Shown: piece by piece, positions 37,623-46,368 of the stretch | Layout: every line of letters starts with the position of its first letter | Numbering within the stretch: position 1 is the stretch's first letter | Assembly: GCA_964540825.1 (NCBI GenBank) | Contig: CAZINT010000001.1 | Location: 284,565-348,564 of the forward strand | Origin: an uncultured Gammaproteobacteria bacterium | GTDB lineage: Bacteria; Patescibacteriota; Patescibacteriia; Magasanikbacterales; GWA2-37-8 | Direction: 5' to 3' | Length of the DNA: 64,000 nt | Notes under the pieces: generated by a model | Database searches by the model: none | The model's input: only the letters and a program-made list of their open reading frames with translations | Told to the model about the DNA's origin: nothing | Made by a program: the position numbers and the translations under genes

Positions 37623-38753
37623 ATGAAAATTGCTCATATCATCAGCACGTTCCCGCCTCACACCGGAGGAATGGGGATAGTATGTATGAACGAAGCCAAA
37701 CAGCAGGTCGCGGCTGGAAATACCGTAACTGTTTTTACGATGCGCTATCCGAGCACTATCTATCGCGATGAACAATATACTTTTCGCATTATTCGCCTCA
37801 AACCACTTTTAAAGATTGGTAATGGCGGTTTTTTGCCTCAACTCGTTACAGCCTTAAAAAGTTTTGATGTTATCCATCTGCATTATCCTTTTTATGGCGG
37901 AGCAGAGTGGGTGTGGCTTTTTAGCGTTATGTATCATCGTCCGTATGTATTGACGTATCATATGGATGCGGATCCGACCGGGCCAACCAAGCTTGTGCTG
38001 CAAAAAATATATGATCTTATTTTGCCGCGTTTTATTTTGGGCCAGGCCAGCCGCATTATTGCGGTTGATCGGGGGCATGCCAAAGAAACGCGTTTTCGTA
38101 AATTTTTAACCAGTGATCGGGTGCGCGTTGTGCACAATGGTGTTAATACCAACATTTTTAAACCTCAAATAGTCTCGCTCGCGACGCTTGATTTGGAACA
38201 CTGGGGGCATAAAAAAATTATTTTGTTTGTGGGTAATCCAATTCCCGGAAAACGGTTGGATATATTTTTAAAGGCGCTGGCGGAAATTAAAGATGAAACC
38301 GTGGTCGGTCTAGTTGTCGGGGGCGGGTATTATATTGATCGTTATAAACGACTCAGTGAAGGGCTGGGGCTTGCTAAGCGTGTTTTGTTTGTCGGTGCGC
38401 AGCACAGCCGGGAACGCCTAGCGCAGTACTATGCTGTCGCTGCCTGCCTGGCTGTACCATCCACCGCGGAATCATTTTCTTTGGTAGTGATTGAAGCTAT
38501 GGCCAGCGGGTGCCCGGTTGTGGCTACAGATTTGCCGGGGGTCCGAGAACGGATCAACCCAAATGTAGACGGATTCTTAGTTGCTCCCGGCTCAGTTGAC
38601 GCGCTGGTCGCGGGAATTATCAAAGTACTGCATTTGACGCCTCAAGAACGCGCAGCGTTGGTCAGCGCAGCCCGGCTTAAAATGGAGCAAAAATATACCT
38701 GGGCTGAACATGCTGACAACGTACTCGCTGTATATAAAGAAATACGAACTTAA
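37623..38753 (+). CDS. GT4 glycosyltransferase
   Basis: PPHTGG, HLH, HNGV, ESFSLVVIEAMASGCPVV. Confidence 0.92.
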   Translation: MKIAHIISTFPPHTGGMGIVCMNEAKQQVAAGNTVTVFTMRYPSTIYRDEQYTFRIIRLKPLLKIGNGGFLPQLVTALKSFDVIHLHYPFYGGAEWVWLFSVMYHRPYVLTYHMDADPTGPTKLVLQKIYDLILPRFILGQASRIIAVDRGHAKETRFRKFLTSDRVRVVHNGVNTNIFKPQIVSLATLDLEHWGHKKIILFVGNPIPGKRLDIFLKALAEIKDETVVGLVVGGGYYIDRYKRLSEGLGLAKRVLFVGAQHSRERLAQYYAVAACLAVPSTAESFSLVVIEAMASGCPVVATDLPGVRERINPNVDGFLVAPGSVDALVAGIIKVLHLTPQERAALVSAARLKMEQKYTWAEHADNVLAVYKEIRT

Positions 38754-38758
38754 ATCAT

Positions 38759-39580
38759 ATGACTGAGTTTGATTACGAAGTATCCATTTGGGGTGAAGGG
38801 ATTGCCACCACTGCCTGGTCTGACCCCACCAGTTTTCGTTTGCGCCGCGCGTACGAAGCAGTAGCAGCATTGCCCGAGGGTGCGCGTGTGCTGGAAGTTG
38901 GCGCGGGAGCCGGGCAATTTATTCGAGCCATTAAAAAAAAATTTCCCGCCCTGGAGTGTCATGGATCAGATATTAGCCATGAAGCGCTCGAACGAGCCCG
39001 CAAGTCTCGCGATGGTGTCGTTTACGACCTTACTGCGCCCGAACACCTGCCCTACGCAGATGGATCAATCGACGCGGTTTTAATTTTAGATGTGGTTGAG
39101 CATGTGAGCGACCCTGCCGGGCTACTCGCTGAAGTCAGGCGCGTGCTCGCGCCGCAAGGTATTTTGTATTGTTTTGTGCCGTGCGAAGGGGATGTTCTTT
39201 CTATTTGGAATTTGCTTGATCACTTCGGGCTTAAAAAAAATTTGACTCGTCGTTTTGCAGGACATATTAATTATTTTTCGCGAAAATCCCTGGCGCAACT
39301 TTTTGAGCAGCAAGGATTTGCGGCTGAGCGAGTACGTTATAGCGAACATTTGTTCGGGCAGCTTTTGGGGATTATGGCTTTTAATTTGATGGCTCGCGCC
39401 GCCAAACGGCAAGGTGTGGGTCAACTTAATAATGAAACGTATTTCCAAACACAAGATGTTGAAAAGATGAACGTGACGAAATTGTTTAAAAAAATGGTTA
39501 ACAGTATTGTCTACCTTGAATCGGTGTTGTGGCAGTATCTGCCGTCCCCGAATGTCCATTCCTTTTTGCGTAAAAAATAA
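38759..39580 (+). CDS. Class I SAM-dependent methyltransferase
   Basis: VLEVGAGAG, DIS, LPY, DVVEHV, RVLAPQG. Confidence 0.9.
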   Translation: MTEFDYEVSIWGEGIATTAWSDPTSFRLRRAYEAVAALPEGARVLEVGAGAGQFIRAIKKKFPALECHGSDISHEALERARKSRDGVVYDLTAPEHLPYADGSIDAVLILDVVEHVSDPAGLLAEVRRVLAPQGILYCFVPCEGDVLSIWNLLDHFGLKKNLTRRFAGHINYFSRKSLAQLFEQQGFAAERVRYSEHLFGQLLGIMAFNLMARAAKRQGVGQLNNETYFQTQDVEKMNVTKLFKKMVNSIVYLESVLWQYLPSPNVHSFLRKK

Positions 39581-39585
39581 TTAGT

Positions 39586-40191
39586 ATGCAGGTGCTTGCT
39601 ATTATTCCGGCCGCATTCGATTATTTTGACGATATTCGCGCGTCTGCTTTTCGGTTGGCTGAAATAGCTCGTGACAAGGGGATAGTGATCGAGCCCTATA
39701 CGCTTCAGCTGGGAAAGCCTACACGCTCAAATGAGCAGGCGGTAGCCGAATCATCGCCATCCGGCAATGGTTTTAAGCTTGGTGAAACACTTGCGCTCAG
39801 CAGCCTTACCCGAGCACTACAGGAGGCGGAAATTATTCATCTTCACGCCCCTTTTTTAGGTTTTGGTTCAGAGCTTTTGGCTTTTAAAAAACAATTTCCG
39901 GATCGTCCGCTGATTATTACCTGGTATGGTGCGTTGCCGTATCGCAACCTGTTTAGTCTGTTTATTTTAGGGTATACTAGCTATTATCTTCCTCGTTTAT
40001 GCCGTCTGGCCGACGCTCTCGTCCAGCCGCTTGAAAGTTTAAAACCCAAGCAATTACTTGGGGGTTTGGATGAGAAAATTGAAACCTTGACGTACGCTTC
40101 GGGTAGGGTACAATTGAGTAATCGAAAAAAATCGGAAACAGAACTTTTTACTTATTATAAACACGTGCTCGTCGAGCACGCACGTTTTTAA
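39586..40191 (+). CDS. GT4 N-terminal-domain-like protein (no donor-binding half)
   Basis: IIHLHAPFLG and RPLIITWY resemble the neighbouring GT4; only 201 aa. Confidence 0.6.
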   Translation: MQVLAIIPAAFDYFDDIRASAFRLAEIARDKGIVIEPYTLQLGKPTRSNEQAVAESSPSGNGFKLGETLALSSLTRALQEAEIIHLHAPFLGFGSELLAFKKQFPDRPLIITWYGALPYRNLFSLFILGYTSYYLPRLCRLADALVQPLESLKPKQLLGGLDEKIETLTYASGRVQLSNRKKSETELFTYYKHVLVEHARF

Positions 40192-40201
40192 ATTGTTTAG
40201 T

Positions 40202-41071
40202 ATGACTGAAGAAAATCGTCGTTCGTTTTTTAACGGCCTTAATTCCAAAAGCGCACTTATTCTTGGTGTTGTAAGCGGGGTCGGGGCGCTCGGTACGCTG
40301 GGTTTTTTTATCCTGCTCGCGCTTATGGTACGGGGCAGTTTCGAATTTGGTGGTGGAAGTAGTGCCGCTCTTCAAGAGGCCTATGCAGCGGCCGCTAACG
40401 GTGGAACACCGCAAACACCCAGCGCTCCTCCGGCTAATATCCCCAAGTCAGATCGGCCGAAAGTAGAGCTTTTTGTTATGTCGCTGTGTCCATACGGTCT
40501 GCAGATGCAAAAGGCCTATGTGCCCGCTTGGGATCTCTTAAAGAAAAAAGCGGATATCGATGTTAAATTCGTTTCGTATGCCATGCACGGCAAGGAAGAA
40601 GTTGACGAAAACACGGCCCAATATTGTATTGAAAACGAACAGGGAAATAAATACTTGGCATATTTGCAGTGTTATACCGCCTCAGGTAATGCGGCCAGTT
40701 GTTTAAAAGCAGCGGGAGTTAATACGGCAAAATTGCAAACGTGCGTGAATGCGACTAACAAAAAATTTGGTATTTTGGATGAGTACAATAATCGTGCCAA
40801 CTGGCTGAGCGGTCAATTTCCGGTCTATCCAATTCATAAGGACCTCAATACCGCGTATGGGGTACAAGGGTCGCCTACACTTGTTATCAATGGAACAGAA
40901 GTTCAAGTTGGGAGAAATCCGGAAGCGATTAAGCAAGCGATCTGTGCCGCATTTAACAATGCTCCGGACGAATGTAGCCAGACGCTCAGTAGTGTAGCGT
41001 TGAATGTCGGTTTTGGCAGTACGCCTGATGTCGGAAGCGGCGGCGCTGCTCAAGCTGGCTGCGGTACTTAA
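40202..41071 (+). CDS. Membrane-anchored thioredoxin-fold protein, GILT/DsbA-like
   Basis: TM anchor; VELFVMSLCPYG, MHGKEEVDEN..QYC, GVQGSPTLVING. Confidence 0.75.
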   Translation: MTEENRRSFFNGLNSKSALILGVVSGVGALGTLGFFILLALMVRGSFEFGGGSSAALQEAYAAAANGGTPQTPSAPPANIPKSDRPKVELFVMSLCPYGLQMQKAYVPAWDLLKKKADIDVKFVSYAMHGKEEVDENTAQYCIENEQGNKYLAYLQCYTASGNAASCLKAAGVNTAKLQTCVNATNKKFGILDEYNNRANWLSGQFPVYPIHKDLNTAYGVQGSPTLVINGTEVQVGRNPEAIKQAICAAFNNAPDECSQTLSSVALNVGFGSTPDVGSGGAAQAGCGT

Positions 41072-41095
41072 AATCATTAGTTTTAAACGAATAAT

Positions 41096-41404
41096 ATGGG
41101 AAAATTTAATAAAGGTTTACTCCTTGGAGGTGTGCTCGGTGCAGCCCTGGTTTGGCTTAATGTTACCCCCAAAGGCAAAGAGCTCCGGGCCAAGGTTACG
41201 CAGCATTTTGAACCGCTTTTTAATCAGCTTAAAGACAGTTTAAAACAACTGGAAGGCCCCACCCGTGAGATGTATGACGCTTTGGTTGAGCGGGCGGTGG
41301 AAGAATACGCGGCTAAAAAAGAGATTGCAATGGATTTAAAAATTGCACTGGTACGTGAGCTCAAAAAACGCTGGAAAGACGTTGAGGCTGAGCTGAAACA
41401 GTAA
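41096..41404 (+). CDS. YtxH-domain protein
   Basis: GLLLGGVLGAA....TPKGKELR then helical tail. Confidence 0.75.
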   Translation: MGKFNKGLLLGGVLGAALVWLNVTPKGKELRAKVTQHFEPLFNQLKDSLKQLEGPTREMYDALVERAVEEYAAKKEIAMDLKIALVRELKKRWKDVEAELKQ

Positions 41405-41433
41405 GATTTAAAGGCTTTTTGCGCCCTACAGGC

Positions 41434-41462
41434 TTGACAAAAAGCCTTTTTTATAGTATAAT
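41434..41462 (+). promoter_or_regulatory. Consensus sigma70 promoter overlapping a terminator hairpin
   Basis: TTGACA-17 bp-TATAAT; hairpin AAAGGCTTTTTG...CAAAAAGCCTTT at ~41410-41450. Confidence 0.8.
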
Positions 41463-41492
41463 TTGGCGTTATTTATTTTTAACTTAAAGCTT

Positions 41493-43595
41493 GTGTTTTT
41501 ATCTAAAAAAACCCTTCTTGCAGCCATTATGGTGGTTGTCGGCGGACTCGCTCTTGCGAGCCAACCAGCATCGGCGGCAAATCGTACGCGTGTTGAAACA
41601 ACGCTTAGAGTCTACACTGCTACTGGCAGTATTATAGTGCCCGAACTTACGCTCGCCTCGGACGCAAAAAACTTGACCTATGCCGGCCTTGATCTTTTTA
41701 CTAACCCAAGTGGAGCACAAGTGGTTGGTGCTGAACAGGGAGATATTTATGTAGGCGTGCGCGGTTCTGCTGCGTTCTTGCTCGCCAATTCCGCGGGTCA
41801 AGGCGGATTGTATCGCCTGAGTAAAGTAAGCAGTCCGGCACCGCTTAACAAAACTGTCGCAACCAATAAAAAAGGCGTGACCTATGTTCGCTCGGGCGTG
41901 CCGCTCACAAAGGATGCTATTTTTGCAGTGTATGACACGTATTCAAAAACGTATTTTAAAATTCGTGTTTTGAGCGTGAAGCGTACGACGGTGCCTGACT
42001 TGTCCGGGACACCAACTATTACTTCCCCTAAGAATGATACTGACGTAAGCTCGCTTGAAACAAATCTTAGCATTGCCTGGAAAGGTGTGACGGTAGCCGA
42101 AAAATACACGCTTATTTTGAATTGTACTTCATGTGATACGACCTGGGAAACACACCGTTATGAATTTACCGGAGCAACCCAAAAATACGTTCTTCCGCTC
42201 AGCGGACTTCCGAGCGGTAAGCAATATTACAACGTAACTGTTCAAGCTGCTCAAGGCACTGTTACAACCCCACGTTCGTTCCCAGTATACTTTACCTATA
42301 CGAATGCTCGTACGACCCCAATAGTGAGCGGGTCAGTTGGTAAGCCGGCTATAACAAGCCCAGCTCAAAACCAGGTATTTACGACTGCTCCCCGCACCCT
42401 TACCGTACAATGGTCAGCAATAAGCGGCGCTTCTAAGTATGAAGTCGCAGTTGATTGTGACTCATGCGGCACAGCTACTGGTTGGAATAGCTACACAACC
42501 TATTCAACGACTCAAACCAGTCAAGTTATTACAGTTTCAGAAGATAAACAGTATACTGTTGCCGTGCGTGCTTTTGATGTGAATGGAATTTCAGGTTCTC
42601 TATCAGAAAAAATTACGTTTCGTTTTAATCAAAATGTAGCCGCCAGTTCTATTCTTCCTCCGGTTATTACCAGCCCGACTAGTGGTGCTGTGCTGAGTTA
42701 TTACCCCCGTGTTATTCATGCCTCGTGGTGGAAAGTAGCCGGAGCTAGTAATTATATTCTCAGTCTCGAATGCGAATCGTGCAGCGGTAATGGTTGGAAA
42801 GAAATAAGCAGCAACACAATTAATAATAATACAGGCTCAGCTAGTTCGCTTGATTTGCCGGCGCTCGCTATTGATTCGGAATATCGTATCCGGATGCGTT
42901 CAGTAGACGGCGCGGGTGCTGCGGGCCCTTGGTCTGATTATACTAATTTCCGTTTCAGTACTATTTCGATGGATACTCCGACAATTACCAGCCCTAGTGC
43001 TAATCAAATGCTTACCAATAGTCCTCGTACCTTTGGGGTACTGTGGAATGCGGTACGCTCAGCAGTAAGTTATGTGGTGGAAGTTGATTGTAAAGATTGT
43101 GCGCAGCCTGCTTGGAGTAAAACCGAGTATCAGGCAACCGTTGATGACAGCACGTGGCTTACAATGACCGCTCCGAGTGACGGACAATACCGTGTGCGCG
43201 TCCAAGCAGTTGATCAGTATGGCAATCATACCGCCTGGTCACAATATACCAACTTTAGTTTCTCAACTGCCCAAAATACTCAAATTGCTGCGCCAAAAGT
43301 AACTTCGCCAACCCTTGGCGCTGAGGTAAGTGGTGCAGCCAAGCAAGTAGCTTTAAGCTGGAGTTCGGTTGGAAATTTTTATCGTTATGAAGTGGCGCTC
43401 GAATGCAATTCGTGCGGTACCTCAACAGGCTGGAAGTACCTCAAGGCATACCGCACGCCTGATACTTCGAATTCACTTATGATCACTCTTCCGCAAGATG
43501 GCAGTTATCGTTTTCAAGTTCGTGCTATTGATGTTGATGCTAACCGCGCGGGGCAATGGTCTGACGCAGTGGCATTCAACTATAAGACGTTATAA
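41493..43595 (+). CDS. Secreted protein with five fibronectin type III-like repeats, each with CxxC
   Basis: Signal peptide; five P.(I/V)TSP...W...Y...CxxC...Y..(V/I) units; start likely GTG 41493 because TTG 41463 abuts the -10 box. Confidence 0.8.
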   Translation: MFLSKKTLLAAIMVVVGGLALASQPASAANRTRVETTLRVYTATGSIIVPELTLASDAKNLTYAGLDLFTNPSGAQVVGAEQGDIYVGVRGSAAFLLANSAGQGGLYRLSKVSSPAPLNKTVATNKKGVTYVRSGVPLTKDAIFAVYDTYSKTYFKIRVLSVKRTTVPDLSGTPTITSPKNDTDVSSLETNLSIAWKGVTVAEKYTLILNCTSCDTTWETHRYEFTGATQKYVLPLSGLPSGKQYYNVTVQAAQGTVTTPRSFPVYFTYTNARTTPIVSGSVGKPAITSPAQNQVFTTAPRTLTVQWSAISGASKYEVAVDCDSCGTATGWNSYTTYSTTQTSQVITVSEDKQYTVAVRAFDVNGISGSLSEKITFRFNQNVAASSILPPVITSPTSGAVLSYYPRVIHASWWKVAGASNYILSLECESCSGNGWKEISSNTINNNTGSASSLDLPALAIDSEYRIRMRSVDGAGAAGPWSDYTNFRFSTISMDTPTITSPSANQMLTNSPRTFGVLWNAVRSAVSYVVEVDCKDCAQPAWSKTEYQATVDDSTWLTMTAPSDGQYRVRVQAVDQYGNHTAWSQYTNFSFSTAQNTQIAAPKVTSPTLGAEVSGAAKQVALSWSSVGNFYRYEVALECNSCGTSTGWKYLKAYRTPDTSNSLMITLPQDGSYRFQVRAIDVDANRAGQWSDAVAFNYKTL

Positions 43596-43602
43596 GCCTA
43601 CT

Positions 43603-43643
43603 CATAAAAAAACTGCCCATTTCATTGAGGCAGTTTTTTTATG
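43603..43643. terminator. Bidirectional terminator
   Basis: CATAAAAAAACTGCC...GGCAGTTTTTTTATG. Confidence 0.8.
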
Positions 43644-43713
43644 CTTTAAAACAAAAACAACCTTCAGCCGGGAAAGTTGTTTTTGAAGGGTGGGCTCAAG
43701 TGAGCCCGGGGAG

Positions 43714-44031
43714 TCAGGGGAGTTCTGACTGAGGCGACAGGCCAACAGCTTCGAGCCATTTACGCGGAACTCTTGCCAGGTTCCAGCTGTGCCATTTGTA
43801 CTTTGGCCTTTCCGCCAAACCGTGTTTGGTGACCACGAGCGAAAAGCAAGTGGCCAGATGGGCGGGTGTGGTGAAGCCAAGGGTAGTGTGGCGTTTGCCG
43901 TCGTTGAGCTGAAAGGATTTGTTGAACGTCGCCATAAACAGCGGGAAGAACCGGCGAAGGGTGGTAGGGGAAACGCCTGGTGGCACATCTGCTTTGGTTA
44001 GTTCTGGTCCGGGATCGATCTTTTGCACCAT
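43714..44031 (-). CDS. Orphan protein
   Basis: GAGGT SD before ATG, immediately downstream of recJ, 105 aa. Confidence 0.55.
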   Translation of the reverse strand: MVQKIDPGPELTKADVPPGVSPTTLRRFFPLFMATFNKSFQLNDGKRHTTLGFTTPAHLATCFSLVVTKHGLAERPKYKWHSWNLARVPRKWLEAVGLSPQSELP

Positions 44032-44056
44032 CTAGCTACCTCTTTTTTTCAGGTTG

Positions 44057-45835
44057 TTAACCGGTTGATCGGCGGATATCCTCAATCGTCATCTGCAGTT
44101 CACGCGTGCCATTCCATTCGTTGACACCGATTGTGAAAACCATGTCGATTTTGTCGCCGGGCTTGAGATTCTCTTTCCAATTGTCAGGGTGGCGTCCCGG
44201 GTCACCCAGTCCAAAGCCAATCGTTTTTTTGGCAACTTGGGAATTATGTTTGAGGGTAACACGCAAATGCTTGCCGTCCTGCCCCAGTGCGTCAACTGCG
44301 GCGACTGTCAGGCCATAGGCAGCATATTTAGGCTCTTCGTTGGCTTGGCCAAACGGCTGGAATTGCTGCAGGAGGTCATACAGTTTCCAGTCAATTTCGC
44401 TGAGGTCAACCTCGGCGTCGATAGTAATTTGTGGAACAAGTTCCACGCCTTTGAGCAGTTCGGTAACTTTGGCAAGAAGTGTAGTTTTAAAATCTTCTAA
44501 AACAGCTTTGTCTTTGAGTGAAAAACCGCATGCTTGAGGGTGGCCGCCAAATTTATAAAAAAATTCCGGCATGGTTTGAAGGGCGGCAATTAAATTCAAT
44601 TCTTTGACACTGCGGCCAGAACCGGTGATTTGACCATTGTTAAGGCCCATGGCCAGAATCGGTCGGTAAAATTCATCTTTAATGCGGCTGGCAATAAGAC
44701 CTAAAATTCCGGTTGGCCAGCCTTCGCCCAGCACAAACAAAATGGGATTATCTTCTTGGTGAGTCACTTTGATTTGGGCGCGAGCCTCGTTAACTAATTG
44801 TTCGGTCATTTTTTGGCGATCGGTATTGTTTGCACCGAGTTGGAAAGCGAGGTCTTCGGCTTCCTTTTCACTTTCAGCCATAAGGAGCATAAAGGCAACA
44901 TTCGCATGGTCCATACGTCCCGCAGCGTTAATGCGCGGGGCAATCTGAAAACCAATGGTGTGGGTGTCGTACGCACCGCGCTTTGGTTTGCCGTTCTCGT
45001 CGCATGCTCCCGAGCTGATAAGTAATTTTTGGAGTCCAATATTGCGCGTTTTATTGAGTACAGTTAATCCATAGCGAACGAGCGCGCGTGATTCACCAAC
45101 CAGCGGGACCATGTCTCCAACGGTTGAAATCGAGACCATATCAAGGAGCCATTTTTCAAATCCTTCATGTGTTTCGCCTCCTGGCAGAAATTCGTGGGTT
45201 TCGTGGTGACGTTTTAAAAGTGCCTGTGCGAGCTTGAACGCAACGCCTCCTCCGGCAAGTGTTTTGTCGGGGTAGCGCTCGCCGGGAACAAGGGGGTGGA
45301 TGATCGCATCAGCGGGCGGAAAAACAGCTGGCATGGCATGGTGATCGGTAATAATCGTTTTGATGCCGAGCGCCTTGGCTTCGGTAATTTCCTGAGTATT
45401 ACTGATACCGCAGTCGCAGGTGATAACGAGTTCGGTGCCATTGTCTTTAAGCAGTTTGACCGTGCGGCTATTGAGGCCATAACCGTCAGTTTCGCGGTGA
45501 GGAAGAAAAATACCGGTATCTTTGGCGCCTAATTTTTTAAGTGTTGAAATAAGCACGACCGAAGCACATACGCCATCGGCGTCGTAGTCACCATGGACGG
45601 TGATTTTTTTGTTACTTTGTATACAGTCAAAAATCAGCGCGACGGCTTTTTCCATGTCGTTGAAAAGAAAAGGGTCGTGAATATCGCCGGCATAATCAGG
45701 GTTTAAAAATTCGTCGATTTTTTCCTGTGTGCGCAAATTTCGATTCCAGAGGAGCCTGGTAATACTAGCCGGAAGTTCCGGGTGCTCGGCAATAAATTCA
45801 GGTGGAGGCGGGGGAAGGGTGATCCATTTTTTCAT
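44057..45835 (-). CDS. recJ: Single-stranded-DNA-specific exonuclease RecJ
   Basis: GDYDADG, DCG, TDHH, PRINAAGR, GSGRS, GGHPQACG. Confidence 0.98.
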   Translation of the reverse strand: MKKWITLPPPPPEFIAEHPELPASITRLLWNRNLRTQEKIDEFLNPDYAGDIHDPFLFNDMEKAVALIFDCIQSNKKITVHGDYDADGVCASVVLISTLKKLGAKDTGIFLPHRETDGYGLNSRTVKLLKDNGTELVITCDCGISNTQEITEAKALGIKTIITDHHAMPAVFPPADAIIHPLVPGERYPDKTLAGGGVAFKLAQALLKRHHETHEFLPGGETHEGFEKWLLDMVSISTVGDMVPLVGESRALVRYGLTVLNKTRNIGLQKLLISSGACDENGKPKRGAYDTHTIGFQIAPRINAAGRMDHANVAFMLLMAESEKEAEDLAFQLGANNTDRQKMTEQLVNEARAQIKVTHQEDNPILFVLGEGWPTGILGLIASRIKDEFYRPILAMGLNNGQITGSGRSVKELNLIAALQTMPEFFYKFGGHPQACGFSLKDKAVLEDFKTTLLAKVTELLKGVELVPQITIDAEVDLSEIDWKLYDLLQQFQPFGQANEEPKYAAYGLTVAAVDALGQDGKHLRVTLKHNSQVAKKTIGFGLGDPGRHPDNWKENLKPGDKIDMVFTIGVNEWNGTRELQMTIEDIRRSTG

Positions 45836-45845
45836 AAAGTGGTAA

Positions 45846-46250
45846 TCAGGCTTGTCGATTAAGGACGTTGTCGAGATTTATTTTTTTAAAATCCCAATAC
45901 GAATCTGCCAAAAGTAGTGTAAAAATAACAAACAAAAGGTTAATTGACCAAAACTTTCCAGCTGGCAGCGGGGTGTCGTAACTGGCAAATAAAATAGATC
46001 CTAAGGCGATCCAGTACACCAGTGTTTTGGGAGTAATCTGCCGCCGATCATCAGAGCGAATATTGCGGCGAATACCCAGAAGGTGCAGAACATAAAAAAT
46101 AATGAGCGGCGCGCCCAAAAACCATTCATATTTTGAAGCGTCTATGTTCAAATAGGTCAACGTATACAAAGCTGCCCAAAGTAACAAGCCGAGTGCAAAA
46201 AAGAGAAAAATGACGTCAAGCTGGTAGTGGCGCAAGAGGCGCATAGGCAC
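45846..46250 (-). CDS. Hypothetical four-TM membrane protein
   Basis: Hydrophobic segments, in operon with lepA and recJ. Confidence 0.7.
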   Translation of the reverse strand: MPMRLLRHYQLDVIFLFFALGLLLWAALYTLTYLNIDASKYEWFLGAPLIIFYVLHLLGIRRNIRSDDRRQITPKTLVYWIALGSILFASYDTPLPAGKFWSINLLFVIFTLLLADSYWDFKKINLDNVLNRQA

Positions 46251-46268
46251 AAAAGGCGGAGGGCCTAT

Positions 46269-46364
46269 TTATTGGAATAAAGGGAGGACGGTAAGTAGAA
46301 GCATGGAAAGAATTGCGACTACGGCGAGAACCGCGCCCAGACGTTTAGAAGTTTTTTCTTTCAT
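46269..46364 (-). CDS. Unannotated 31-aa single-TM peptide (DUF4044-like architecture)
   Basis: MKEKTSKRLGAVLAVVAILSMLLLTVLPLFQ; ATG 4 nt after lepA stop; fills the gap. Confidence 0.65.
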   Translation of the reverse strand: MKEKTSKRLGAVLAVVAILSMLLLTVLPLFQ

Positions 46365-46368
46365 AAAG

